DNA of 44,581 nt. Origin: a phage. Made by a program: the position numbers and the translations under genes. Below are positions 26,681 through 35,563 of this stretch, piece by piece (within the stretch, counting starts at the first letter, position 1; the number at the start of each line of letters is the position of its first letter). The stretch lies in the sequence record PZ445532.1; one strand, 5' to 3'. Under the pieces are notes generated by a model that worked only from the letters and a program-made list of their open reading frames with translations, searched no databases and was not told where the DNA came from.

Positions 26681-27493
26681 CTATTCATAGTGGCTAAACG
26701 CCTCGCACGACTCCGTACACGATCCGGTTTCATATTGTTTCATCGACCGCATTCGTGAGGCCAACTCGTCACGGCCTACTCCGTCGAATAAGGCTATAAC
26801 CTCGTTCAGTGTGTGCTTCCCTCGGTACATAGTTTGCACTTTCAGCCGGTTGTTGTTAGTGATTAACATGTTGATAAATTGGTCTTTTAGTGCCGGCTCG
26901 TCCATGCAAGCCAGCGCCACTTTCGGCAGCGACTTCTTAATACAGAACACGCAGTTGCCGAGGTGTTCTTGTATTCCTAAGTCGAACGGCTGGCCCGCCC
27001 ACCAGTCAAGAATATCTTGCTTTTCATAATCGCTAATGTCGGCCAGGTAGTGGAATCCATCCCGCGGCTTAATTCTTTTAGGCTCGTCCGCGCGCATACC
27101 TAACCAAGTTTCATAATTACCTTTGCCGTATCGCTCCTCGCAGTATTTAGTAAACGGGACGGTTTTCATGCGGTCGGTGCAGAACGCGCCCCCGACGTAT
27201 GGGTGCCCGTATTTGCGAACCATGCGCCGCCACGGCTCTAAATCTGGCCCGATTTGCTCCTCCGTTAGTACCTCATACCGCCCGGGCTTGCCCATTTCGG
27301 GGTCTGGCACTGCGCGTAGGAATGTTATGCGCCACCCCCAATGTTTGATTATGTCGCGCACAAACTGATATGTGGCAGGGTGTTCTGCGCCCGTATCCAT
27401 GAAAATAATTTCAGCGTGGGGATGGAGTTTAAGCACCTGTTTTGTCATGTAGGCGGATGTACGTCCGCCTGAAAAACTTATAATCTGTTTCAT
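26681..27493 (-). CDS. PAPS reductase-like / PP-loop ATP pyrophosphatase family protein
   Basis: N-terminal PP-loop ISFSGGRTSAYM (SGGxxS). C-terminal cysteines ETGSCTESCEAF. 270 aa. Confidence 0.7.
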   Translation of the reverse strand: MKQIISFSGGRTSAYMTKQVLKLHPHAEIIFMDTGAEHPATYQFVRDIIKHWGWRITFLRAVPDPEMGKPGRYEVLTEEQIGPDLEPWRRMVRKYGHPYVGGAFCTDRMKTVPFTKYCEERYGKGNYETWLGMRADEPKRIKPRDGFHYLADISDYEKQDILDWWAGQPFDLGIQEHLGNCVFCIKKSLPKVALACMDEPALKDQFINMLITNNNRLKVQTMYRGKHTLNEVIALFDGVGRDELASRMRSMKQYETGSCTESCEAFSHYE

Positions 27494-27500
27494 TATTGAT

Positions 27501-27824
27501 TTATCCGTAAAAATTCGGGTCGCGTGCGACGTCTACCAGATACAGGTTACTCATGCGATTGCCGTAGTGACCCGGTGTGCGCTGGCGGCACACAACGGCG
27601 AAGCCTGGAGGGATTGTATTGCCCGTCTCGATAATCCACGCCACGCGTGCGCCGGATAGCGTCTTGCCGTTGTATTCGATACGTGTTCCACCATCGGCAG
27701 TGTTAAGGTTGCCAATCTTGCATCCGGTGGACTTCAGACGGACGACTCCGGTTTTGCTGTCGTAGGTGAATAGCTGGTTAGTCATTGCGACCGAAAAATC
27801 GATTGGTTCGTATATAGCGTTCAT
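27501..27824 (-). CDS. hypothetical protein
   Basis: 107-aa ORF. Confidence 0.5.
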   Translation of the reverse strand: MNAIYEPIDFSVAMTNQLFTYDSKTGVVRLKSTGCKIGNLNTADGGTRIEYNGKTLSGARVAWIIETGNTIPPGFAVVCRQRTPGHYGNRMSNLYLVDVARDPNFYG

Positions 27825-28051
27825 TTTAAATTTTCCTCGTTAACCGCTATCGCGAAGCCGCGCGGAGTGAGCGACCGGATTAATTTTGTGCGGGCGGATT
27901 TGCCTCCGAGGCGACTATACTGTTTCGAGTACCCTTTTTCAACGAAAACAGGTTTCTTCTCTGGCATACGGGAGCCGTAGCACTTATGCCCCATCTCGGC
28001 AGCACGCTCAATCATCAAGCCGCTGCCGTCAAATAATGACCAGATAATCAT
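27821..28051 (-). CDS. hypothetical protein
   Basis: 76-aa ORF. Its ATG overlaps the helicase stop (ATGA). Confidence 0.45.
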   Translation of the reverse strand: MIIWSLFDGSGLMIERAAEMGHKCYGSRMPEKKPVFVEKGYSKQYSRLGGKSARTKLIRSLTPRGFAIAVNEENLK

Positions 28052-29472
28052 TTGCGCGCCTTTTTAGCTTTCATGTATTCCATCAAGTCGTCCTGAATAT
28101 CGCGCTTACTGTCGCGACGCTCGGCGACCAATTCATCCAGTGTGCCACGCGCCTGGATAATGTAGACGAATACCGGACGAGGGTGTCCGGCTTGCATCTG
28201 GCGAACCGGCCCGATACGCTCCACAATCTGCGAAAAATGCTCATAGTTCCAGGTGTCGGAGAAGATGGCAAGGTGGTGTCCGCCATCCTGCAAGTTAAGG
28301 CCGTGACCCGCCGATGCCGGGTGCGCGAACATGATGGGGATCTCGCCCCTGTTCCACGCCTCCATGTCTTTATTGCCCTGCTTACCTTTACCCAACGCAA
28401 CGCCGTGCGGAAATTTCTTCTTGAGACGCGCAAGATCATGCTTGTACTGGTACGCGACGAGCAACGGTGCGCCGTTCAACTCCTCCACGATACTTTCCAG
28501 CGCGTCCAGCTTAGCGTCGTGAATCTTCACCCATTCGTCGGTGCGCTCACCGTCTTCGTCCACCTTATACACGGCCCCGGAAGCAAGCTGAAGGCACTTG
28601 ATAGTCTTCGACGCAGCGTTCGCCGCCTCCACTGTTCCGCTTTCCAGTTCCGCAAATAGCTCCGCTTCGAACTGGTCATAAATCTTGCGGGCTTTCTTCG
28701 GCAGGTCCACAACAACCGGCGTATATATTGGCTTGTCACATCCGAAATATTCAGCCGCATCAACGGTTAGCGACACGTCTGACAGGCGTTGTTGTATTTC
28801 TTTCTCGGAGTTTTTTAGCGGGGCGTGCTGCATAGTGAAGCTACCAGGCTTAACAGGCTTGCTAATAAACCAGCGGTCTGTGAATGCCTTATAGCTACTG
28901 CCGAGGCGTTCGCCACCGTCGATAAACCACGTCTGACCCCATAGGTCTTTCAGTCCGTTTGGTGCGGGTGTGCCAGTTAGGTTAATCCAGCGCTTTACGC
29001 GCTTGTGTGCGATCGCGGCCAGGGCGCGGGCGCGCTTACTGCCCTGCTTGCTGCGGTAGCCTTTCAGCTTAGTGGATTCATCGGCAACAACGACCGTAAA
29101 GGGCCACTCGTCGCCGCAATACTCGACAAGCCACTCAACCACATCATAGTTAACGCAAACCACGTTAGCGTCGCTCTCGAGCGCCGCGATGCGGTCCTTC
29201 TCTGGCCCAGTGCCGTCTACTACCAGCAGGGCTGGGAAACGCCATTTCTCCTGCTCCGGGGGCCATGTACCGGACGCAACGCGAAGCGGGGCCAGCACCA
29301 GTACGCGGTCCTCCTGGCTGGACAGGATACCAGTCTGGAACATTTTATTCAGCGCCCACATAGTCGCGCCGGTTTTACCCGACCCCATTGTCGCCCATAT
29401 ATTGCATCGCTTATGCTTGAGTATGAACGCGGTTATCAACTTCTGATATTCGCGACGTCGGAAACGTGCCAT
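28048..29472 (-). CDS. SNF2/superfamily II DNA helicase
   Basis: 474 aa from MARFRRREYQ. Walker A ATMGSGKTG, DExx box VVVADESTKLK, C-terminal helicase-domain-like motifs. VRR-NUC gene close by, as is common in phages. Confidence 0.8.
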   Translation of the reverse strand: MARFRRREYQKLITAFILKHKRCNIWATMGSGKTGATMWALNKMFQTGILSSQEDRVLVLAPLRVASGTWPPEQEKWRFPALLVVDGTGPEKDRIAALESDANVVCVNYDVVEWLVEYCGDEWPFTVVVADESTKLKGYRSKQGSKRARALAAIAHKRVKRWINLTGTPAPNGLKDLWGQTWFIDGGERLGSSYKAFTDRWFISKPVKPGSFTMQHAPLKNSEKEIQQRLSDVSLTVDAAEYFGCDKPIYTPVVVDLPKKARKIYDQFEAELFAELESGTVEAANAASKTIKCLQLASGAVYKVDEDGERTDEWVKIHDAKLDALESIVEELNGAPLLVAYQYKHDLARLKKKFPHGVALGKGKQGNKDMEAWNRGEIPIMFAHPASAGHGLNLQDGGHHLAIFSDTWNYEHFSQIVERIGPVRQMQAGHPRPVFVYIIQARGTLDELVAERRDSKRDIQDDLMEYMKAKKARK

Positions 29473-29476
29473 ATCT

Positions 29477-29710
29477 TTATTCCGCCTTTTTCCAGACTTC
29501 GGTTTCACTGTTCCAGTTCCTTTTTGTGGCGTCGTAGTTGGTGCTGTGCCCGATGTGCACACCTGTCGCCCGGAAGCGCTTAAACTTCTGCCAGCACACC
29601 GTCAACGGCAGCGGGGAATTAATGCCAGCAATAAACCATACGCGATCGCCTGGTTTACATTCGCCCAGCTTGGTGAGTCGGTAATGTTCTTTCATCGTCA
29701 TGTCTCCCAA
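29477..29710 (-). CDS. hypothetical protein
   Basis: 77-aa ORF preceded by hairpin GGCGGG-ACAAG-CCCGCC. Confidence 0.45.
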   Translation of the reverse strand: MGDMTMKEHYRLTKLGECKPGDRVWFIAGINSPLPLTVCWQKFKRFRATGVHIGHSTNYDATKRNWNSETEVWKKAE

Positions 29711-29738
29711 AAATGGCGGGACAAGCCCGCCGTATTAA

Positions 29739-29912
29739 TTACTTTTGCTCTGCGCGGTAGCGGCGCTGCCGTTCGCGCTCTTTTTTATTGCGGCACGATT
29801 TGCACTCTGCCCGATACCCATCCGGGCTTCGCGCAGTCTTGCCGGTGTATTTGTGGAACTGGGATAGCGGTTTAACGCAGCCGCAATTACTGCAACGTTT
29901 TTCTTCAATCAT
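29739..29912 (-). CDS. small zinc-ribbon protein
   Basis: 57 aa from MIEEKRCSNCGC...CKSC (RBS GAGGA 9 nt upstream). Two CxxC pairs. Confidence 0.4.
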   Translation of the reverse strand: MIEEKRCSNCGCVKPLSQFHKYTGKTARSPDGYRAECKSCRNKKERERQRRYRAEQK

Positions 29913-29952
29913 TTCTAAAATCCTCGGTAGAGCTAACCTGCTCACTATACTG

Positions 29953-30231
29953 TTAAGCGACCAATTCAGCAACCAATAAATCACAGTCGGCTATGTTGTC
30001 GATGACGCGAACGTCAGCACCACGGCGGGCCATTCGCTCATGTTCTCGTACCTGGTGCGGCTTCGGTTTGCCACCAGGGCGCTTAACTTCGACGAAAACT
30101 ATCTTGCCGTTGATGATGATAATAAGATCGGGCGCACCTGCGCGCCCCTCCCAAGCCACTTTACGGCAGAATCCGCCGACGGCTTTCACCCGTCTCATCA
30201 AGAGACTTTGAATCTTGCCTTCTGGTGTCAT
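29953..30231 (-). CDS. VRR-NUC domain nuclease
   Basis: 92 aa. GAPDLIIIINGKIVFVEVKRPGGKPKPHQ matches the VRR-NUC PD-(D/E)xK core. Confidence 0.75.
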   Translation of the reverse strand: MTPEGKIQSLLMRRVKAVGGFCRKVAWEGRAGAPDLIIIINGKIVFVEVKRPGGKPKPHQVREHERMARRGADVRVIDNIADCDLLVAELVA

Positions 30232-30560
30232 TGTGCGTGCCTCATACGGACTATCTCACCTACGATATACCCGATTAAATACGTCATAACCTCTTGGTTG
30301 TTGAGGTCCGGCGCAATCCCACGATCCCGCATAAGATTCAGCGCGACGTGGGTAGCCTCATGCGCCACCGTGCTAATGCCCGCCGTGTGTGGCATCCAGA
30401 CGAGGCACGTACCTTTACCAAAAACGACGAAAGCATCTGCAATAAAGTCTTCGGGGCAAGGCTGATATCCGGTTATCCGCTTGCATTTAGCCGCCACCTC
30501 GTCAGCGCACGGTGAAACGAAAAACTCATAATTATAAACGTCTACTTTTACTTTTTTCAT
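30228..30560 (-). CDS. small HExxH-motif protein (putative zinc metallopeptidase-like)
   Basis: 110 aa with VAHEATHVAL (HExxH). Confidence 0.5.
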   Translation of the reverse strand: MKKVKVDVYNYEFFVSPCADEVAAKCKRITGYQPCPEDFIADAFVVFGKGTCLVWMPHTAGISTVAHEATHVALNLMRDRGIAPDLNNQEVMTYLIGYIVGEIVRMRHAQ

Positions 30561-30564
30561 AATA

Positions 30565-32856
30565 TTATTTCCTATACCTCATCATGCAATCTCCTTCCGC
30601 GGCAAGCGGGAAGCCTTTCGCCCAAACCGGCAGGTCGCACATCAGCGCGCACAACTCCTCGGTTGTGTAGTCGTCGGTATCCGGCACTTCGGTTATCAGT
30701 TCATCGTGTACGGACAGTACGATCTCATACCCTGCAGCTTCAACGCCCGGCATGGACCACGCGAGGATATCGCGACACAGCGCCTGTACGATGTTTTCCG
30801 TTAGTTTGCCGCCGTAGGTATACTGGAAGCCCCACTGGCGCGTAGTCTGATTCTCGCCCTGGTATTTGATGCGGGTGCTGGTGCGCTTCTTACCGGTGTC
30901 TTCGTCGATCTCGGTCGTGACAGACAGCGCGATGCCGGGATAGCTCATGATGCGCCCTGAAGGCAACTCAATTTTAAGCCACCACCCCGCCGCGTTCGGA
31001 TCGTCGCGCTCCTCGTCGAAGGTTGGGTCATGCTTCGCCTTCGTTCGCACTATCTTGAGCGCTTTCCTGCCATCCTGGCGAACGTTCGCGCCAGCCCAGT
31101 ATGCTTTGCCCGGATTGCGGATCGCGCAGAGCACCGCGTCTTCCAGTTCAGCCCAAAATGCTACCGTCTTCGGGTGAGCCTCACGCCACATACGTTTGAT
31201 CGCATCGCACGTCAGCCATACGTTTTTCGGCAGTATGTAAGTTGGGCGCTCGTCTTTCTTGCCAGGCTTCGGCGGGCGCTTAGCTTCGTTAATGCGGGCG
31301 TATTCATAGCCCCGTTTCGCCGCTGCCCAAATATGATCGGGGAATGTGCCCTTCATGACGTCCGCCATCGCATACAGGTCGAGGCCCAGGTTTTTAGCAA
31401 ACTGCAGGAACGCGGCAACGCCGCCACCATAACCCAGCCCCAATTCGCACGCCTTACCAATCTGGCGTAAGTCTTTGCGGTTGGCTTTGATGTATTCCGG
31501 GTCGAGGCCAAACATCTTACCGGCAGTTTCACAATAGATATCGCGACCCGCCCTAAACACCATTAGCGCGGTTTTCTCGCCAGCGATCCAGGCGAGGCCA
31601 CGCCCTTCCACGTTGGAATAGTCCGCTACGACAAACTTCTTGCCCTTAGCCGGAATAATGCACCCGCGAACGGTCGAGGCTGTTAACTTCGATATGTCAT
31701 ACGCCCAGTGTGCCGTCCCGCGTAACAGGGAATTGATGCCGTTGGTGAGCATGTGCGACCGGACCCAAAAAGAAACGTCGCTCTCGCCATCCCGGCGCTT
31801 AATCTTCCCTTCGTGGTCGTCGCTATACTCGCCGCGTGCCAGGTTTTGCGGCTGGAAGCCCTTACCGGCCCAGCGTAGCGTGCGCTTTGCCCCACCATAC
31901 TGAAGACAACCACGGCGGCGACCATCGGCAGACAGCCCATTTACGAGCGGATTGTACTTAGTCGATGCCGTTGATGACGCACCGAGGCGCATCTCGATAA
32001 GCACTTTGCCTTCGTCGGGGAAGTCCGGGTCTTCCAGCAGGTCGTTAAGTGTGGATTTCTGCGCGTTGTGGATTGTGAACGCAGGCGCAAGGTCGCGCAG
32101 CGCTGGCAGGAAGTCATTGCCGGTCAGCTTACCGCCGAAGCGCTCCCAGGCTTCTTCCTTCAGCTCTTCTTTATGCGCCTGCACCGCTTTGATCGCGGCG
32201 TTCGCCAGGTCAACGTCCACATAGAAGCCGCGGTCATTGATCAACTGGTCTATACGCAGGATTTCGTCTTCCTTCGGCGTGTTACCCCAGTCCGGTATGC
32301 GCCAGTAGACTTCCCTCATAGCTATAATATCCAGCGCGGCATAGCGCAGGAATTTAGCCCACTCCTCGGGGTGCGTCTCGCGCGTGTAGCGGCGGATTTT
32401 GTAGGTCTTAGGGGTTGGCTTACAGAATCGTTTGATCAGCGCCTTGCCCGCCTTATCCTTCGCGTGCTCTGCGTCAACGCCCAGCACCTGGCATTGCATA
32501 TCGAGGCTACCCGGCAGCGCGTGCCGAAAGGCCATAATCATGGTATCTTCGATCTGGCCTACCGGCAGGTCAATGCCCCACTTCTCGCGAATAACCAGGC
32601 GGTCAAACAGAAGGCCGTTAGCCATCACGATTTTTGCTTTCTTGCGGGATACCTGGCGGAGCGCCTTGCGCAGTTCACGCGGCATTGTAGGGGACTCGGT
32701 GCAATCCCATGTCTGCACGCGCCCCTCGTCGATGGCGTAGGTGCAAATCATAATCTCGGTTGTCGGGTGCTCCGCGTAGGCGTATGCGCCAACTTTCTTC
32801 AGGTCCACCCCGCTAAATGTCTCGGTATCGAGAAAAAGGCGTTCGAAGTCTTTCAT
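30565..32856 (-). CDS. DNA polymerase, family A, with N-terminal 3'-5' exonuclease
   Basis: 763 aa. Exo I motif FLDTET. Pol motif A VVADYSNVEGR, motif B RQIGKACELGLGYGGG, motif C LSVHDELITEV. Confidence 0.95.
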   Translation of the reverse strand: MKDFERLFLDTETFSGVDLKKVGAYAYAEHPTTEIMICTYAIDEGRVQTWDCTESPTMPRELRKALRQVSRKKAKIVMANGLLFDRLVIREKWGIDLPVGQIEDTMIMAFRHALPGSLDMQCQVLGVDAEHAKDKAGKALIKRFCKPTPKTYKIRRYTRETHPEEWAKFLRYAALDIIAMREVYWRIPDWGNTPKEDEILRIDQLINDRGFYVDVDLANAAIKAVQAHKEELKEEAWERFGGKLTGNDFLPALRDLAPAFTIHNAQKSTLNDLLEDPDFPDEGKVLIEMRLGASSTASTKYNPLVNGLSADGRRRGCLQYGGAKRTLRWAGKGFQPQNLARGEYSDDHEGKIKRRDGESDVSFWVRSHMLTNGINSLLRGTAHWAYDISKLTASTVRGCIIPAKGKKFVVADYSNVEGRGLAWIAGEKTALMVFRAGRDIYCETAGKMFGLDPEYIKANRKDLRQIGKACELGLGYGGGVAAFLQFAKNLGLDLYAMADVMKGTFPDHIWAAAKRGYEYARINEAKRPPKPGKKDERPTYILPKNVWLTCDAIKRMWREAHPKTVAFWAELEDAVLCAIRNPGKAYWAGANVRQDGRKALKIVRTKAKHDPTFDEERDDPNAAGWWLKIELPSGRIMSYPGIALSVTTEIDEDTGKKRTSTRIKYQGENQTTRQWGFQYTYGGKLTENIVQALCRDILAWSMPGVEAAGYEIVLSVHDELITEVPDTDDYTTEELCALMCDLPVWAKGFPLAAEGDCMMRYRK

Positions 32857-33023
32857 TGCTTAATCCTCACTACGGCGTCAGCGCTGCCGATCATGGAGAA
32901 TATACCGTCGGAAAGGGCTATCTCCTCGCCGTTGTTGCGGATCTCGGCAACTGTGAAATATTCCCCCAGTAGCTTGGACCATACTCGCATTCCGACTTTT
33001 ACTTCGCTGGCTTTAATGCGCAT
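32853..33023 (-). CDS. small hypothetical ORF translationally coupled to the DNA polymerase gene
   Basis: 56 codons (MRIKASEVKVGMRVW...VVRIKQ*). Its stop overlaps the polymerase ATG (ATGA). Not in the ORF track (below 60 aa). Confidence 0.3.
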   Translation of the reverse strand: MRIKASEVKVGMRVWSKLLGEYFTVAEIRNNGEEIALSDGIFSMIGSADAVVRIKQ

Positions 33024-33034
33024 TTTTCATTGTC

Positions 33035-33058
33035 CTATTAAAAAGCCCGCATTAAGCG
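33035..33058 (-). terminator. rho-independent terminator (minus strand)
   Basis: On the minus strand AGCCCGC-TTAAT-GCGGGCT followed by TTTTTAAT, directly after the SSB gene stop. Confidence 0.6.
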
Positions 33059-33081
33059 GGCTTGAATAGTGGGCTTTGCCC

Positions 33082-33807
33082 TTAGCGGCGGCGACGTTTG
33101 CGAGGTTTGTCGTCGTCGTCGTCGTCGTCCTCATCTTCGTCATCGCGTGGCTTACGACGTTTACGAGGTTTTTTATCTTCATCATCGTCATCGCGACGTT
33201 TTGACTTTTTGGACTTGCGCGGGCTTTCATCTTCGTCATCGTCGCCCAGGTCCTCGTCTGAGCAAGAAGATCCGCCACCGCCGAAGGCTTCGCCGTCGTC
33301 ACGGAATCGCAGACCCAGCAAGCCAGCCCCTAGACCCTTGCCGTTGGTATTGTTCCACGCCCAGATATCGAGGGACACGTTGCAATAACAACCTGAGTAG
33401 ATCTCCTGGCCTTCGATCTCGTCGCCTTCTACGGTCAGACCCTGTTCGGTCTGCTTCTCGCCTAGTGACGTTTGAATGTTTGGCTGTTTGAACGATTTAG
33501 CGTTGATGTACAACATGCCTTCGAATTCTTCGGTTACTTCGTCGCGCTCGTCACCGTCACGAACTGCGCATTCCTTAGAATCCTGGGCGTAGTGGCGGTC
33601 CATCCACTTATCGGCATTCTTCTCAGATTTCAGCTTGTCGGTGAGCACTGCGCGCGCTGCCGCTTCCACTTTGTCCACCTGCGGATCTTCTTTATCAAGA
33701 AGAATCACGGCGCGGTATGCCGGTTTTTGTCCATCCTGTTTAGGGGTATCACGTTCCCAAATTTTAAGGAAACATACACGCACATTTTTCAGGTTGACTT
33801 TAGCCAT
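33082..33807 (-). CDS. ssDNA-binding protein (T7 gp2.5-like) with mixed-charge low-complexity C-terminal tail
   Basis: 241 aa from MAKVNLKNVR (RBS GAGGAA). Core ...DIWAWNN...GLLGLRF...GEAFGGGG resembles the gp2.5 ...LQLESVMLVELATFGGG block. C-terminus alternates poly-Asp/Glu and Lys/Arg blocks, encoded by GAC/GTC triplet repeats. Confidence 0.65.
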   Translation of the reverse strand: MAKVNLKNVRVCFLKIWERDTPKQDGQKPAYRAVILLDKEDPQVDKVEAAARAVLTDKLKSEKNADKWMDRHYAQDSKECAVRDGDERDEVTEEFEGMLYINAKSFKQPNIQTSLGEKQTEQGLTVEGDEIEGQEIYSGCYCNVSLDIWAWNNTNGKGLGAGLLGLRFRDDGEAFGGGGSSCSDEDLGDDDEDESPRKSKKSKRRDDDDEDKKPRKRRKPRDDEDEDDDDDDDKPRKRRRR

Positions 33808-33897
33808 TTTCCAATTCCTCATTTTCACATGTATCGGGGTTATTGGAAGCCACCCCGTTCGGCTTGGTTGCTAATCTACTTGGTTGCGCCTGAGCGG

Positions 33898-34140
33898 TCA
33901 AGCATTTTCATTAAAAAGATTTCGGGTCACGTAGTTGGAGGCGTTCTCAATCCAGCTTAACGGCGGGCGATCGATGTTCTTACCCACCCAGTCGACGGCA
34001 GCTTCGCTATACCCGTTATCCAGCCAGCGGGTCGGATGGCGAATCATCCAGGCCACCATTAACACGCCTTGCACGCAATGCAGGATAAAGCCCAGCGCGC
34101 CGAGCAAAAACATCAATAAGATTGCGAATACTTTATTCAT
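33898..34140 (-). CDS. small membrane protein
   Basis: 80 aa. Hydrophobic helices AILLMFLLGALGFIL and VLMVAWMI. Confidence 0.5.
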   Translation of the reverse strand: MNKVFAILLMFLLGALGFILHCVQGVLMVAWMIRHPTRWLDNGYSEAAVDWVGKNIDRPPLSWIENASNYVTRNLFNENA

Positions 34141-35563
34141 TGCTTAAGTCCTCGTCAGTGGCCTCCGACCACGCAGGGCGCGGGTCGTCGATTGGGGCTA
34201 ACACCGGTTTGGCAGGTGCGCGCGTGATTTTATCACACAGCTTCGCCCACACTTTCGGTTTTTCGTCCTTCAGTACCTTTTCGGCATCTGTCGGGCTGAG
34301 CAATGTTTCTTTGTACATCACATCGCGCTTGATCCGGGCCTTCGTGAAGATTTCAATCACTTCGCTCTCGTCCGCCCACTTGCGGATTCCTTCCTTACCG
34401 GCAACCATCTTGAGGCCCAGCGATTCGCCATCGCCAGCCATAACCGCCTTGAATACCGCGGACTCGATAGCCTTGATGTGCTGGCGCATTGCGTCCAGGC
34501 CTTCATAAGCCTTGCGCAGTTCCGCCGCGCTCATAGCACCGGGGGCCGCTTCTTCCTTACCACGCTTCGCACGTCGTGCCGCCTTCCTGGCTTCGCGGGC
34601 CATATTGCGGTCATGGTTGGCGCATTCTTCCTCTGTCGCAATACTCACGTCGTCGCCCAGGTCTTCGTCGGTTGCCGTTGGGGGTGTCATCGTGTCGATT
34701 GCGGCCTTAGCGCGGACACTACACTGATCCGCAAATCGGCACCACTGGCACGCATCAACGCTGGGACGGAAGTCGGCACGGGTAAGTCCCTTCTTGCCTC
34801 GGGAATACGCCTCCAGTGCGGCAATAGCGCGCTTGGATGCAAACTTCGCGAATATCTCCAGCGCTTCTACCGAAATATCCCACTCCGACGCCCCGCCGCA
34901 ATACGGCTGGAAGATAACCAGGCGAACGGTAGTAATGTCGTACATGGTTTGCAGCTTGCGCAGCAGGCCGAGCGCGTACAACATAAGCTGTTTGTTTTCT
35001 TTCGCCTCGACCTTATGCCGCCCGGTCTTCAGGTCGCCAACAATCAGCATGTACGTCCCATCGGTCTTTTTCATGACCATGACCATATCGGCAGTACCGA
35101 ACGTTTTAATCCTGTTGCCGTCGATCTCGTAGCCTGAGTGAAGGACGCGGGTCAGATCGGCGCGCATCTCAAGCTGGACAAACTCCGCCACTTCGAGGAG
35201 CGGTCGCCAGTGGTCGATGTACGCGTCGCACTGTTTCACCATGTCGTCGTTGACCAGCACGCCGCCTTTCGGTGCTTTAGGGTGTGCCTTTACTGGCCCC
35301 TTGCCTTCGTTCTCGACGTAGCACCCTTTATACGTCTTCGCGGTTATCAGCTTCTCACCGGCGATAATGCGGTTTAGCACCACCTCAGATACTGTGTGCA
35401 TACTCGTACCGTTAATCGCGGCTTGCCCGGATTCGTTCGGGATATCTTTTTCCACCACCAGGGCAGCAGGGCAACCCATCCATTTTTTAGCACCGGATGG
35501 ACCAAGTAATGAGTGTTCCGTATTGCTACCGGATTGCGTTTTACGTTTTGGTTTAATCGCCAT
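34133..35563 (-). CDS. RecB-family / Cas4-like PD-(D/E)xK exonuclease with Fe-S cysteine cluster
   Basis: 476 aa. Nuclease core ...IVGDLKTG...QLMLYALGL. C-terminal cysteines CQWCRFADQC. Confidence 0.7.
   Translation of the reverse strand: MAIKPKRKTQSGSNTEHSLLGPSGAKKWMGCPAALVVEKDIPNESGQAAINGTSMHTVSEVVLNRIIAGEKLITAKTYKGCYVENEGKGPVKAHPKAPKGGVLVNDDMVKQCDAYIDHWRPLLEVAEFVQLEMRADLTRVLHSGYEIDGNRIKTFGTADMVMVMKKTDGTYMLIVGDLKTGRHKVEAKENKQLMLYALGLLRKLQTMYDITTVRLVIFQPYCGGASEWDISVEALEIFAKFASKRAIAALEAYSRGKKGLTRADFRPSVDACQWCRFADQCSVRAKAAIDTMTPPTATDEDLGDDVSIATEEECANHDRNMAREARKAARRAKRGKEEAAPGAMSAAELRKAYEGLDAMRQHIKAIESAVFKAVMAGDGESLGLKMVAGKEGIRKWADESEVIEIFTKARIKRDVMYKETLLSPTDAEKVLKDEKPKVWAKLCDKITRAPAKPVLAPIDDPRPAWSEATDEDLSNE

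Noticed and set aside
28048-29562. Helicase ORF start at 29562 (MCTSGTAPTT...)
   Set aside because: The first 30 codons have no RBS and overlap the upstream gene. The start was moved to the ATG at 29472 (MARFRRREYQ).
32068-33069. 333-aa plus-strand ORF
   Set aside because: Antisense to the DNA polymerase gene, whose catalytic motifs are unambiguous.
34478-35137. 219-aa plus-strand ORF
   Set aside because: Antisense to the Cas4-like exonuclease gene. No motif and no RBS.
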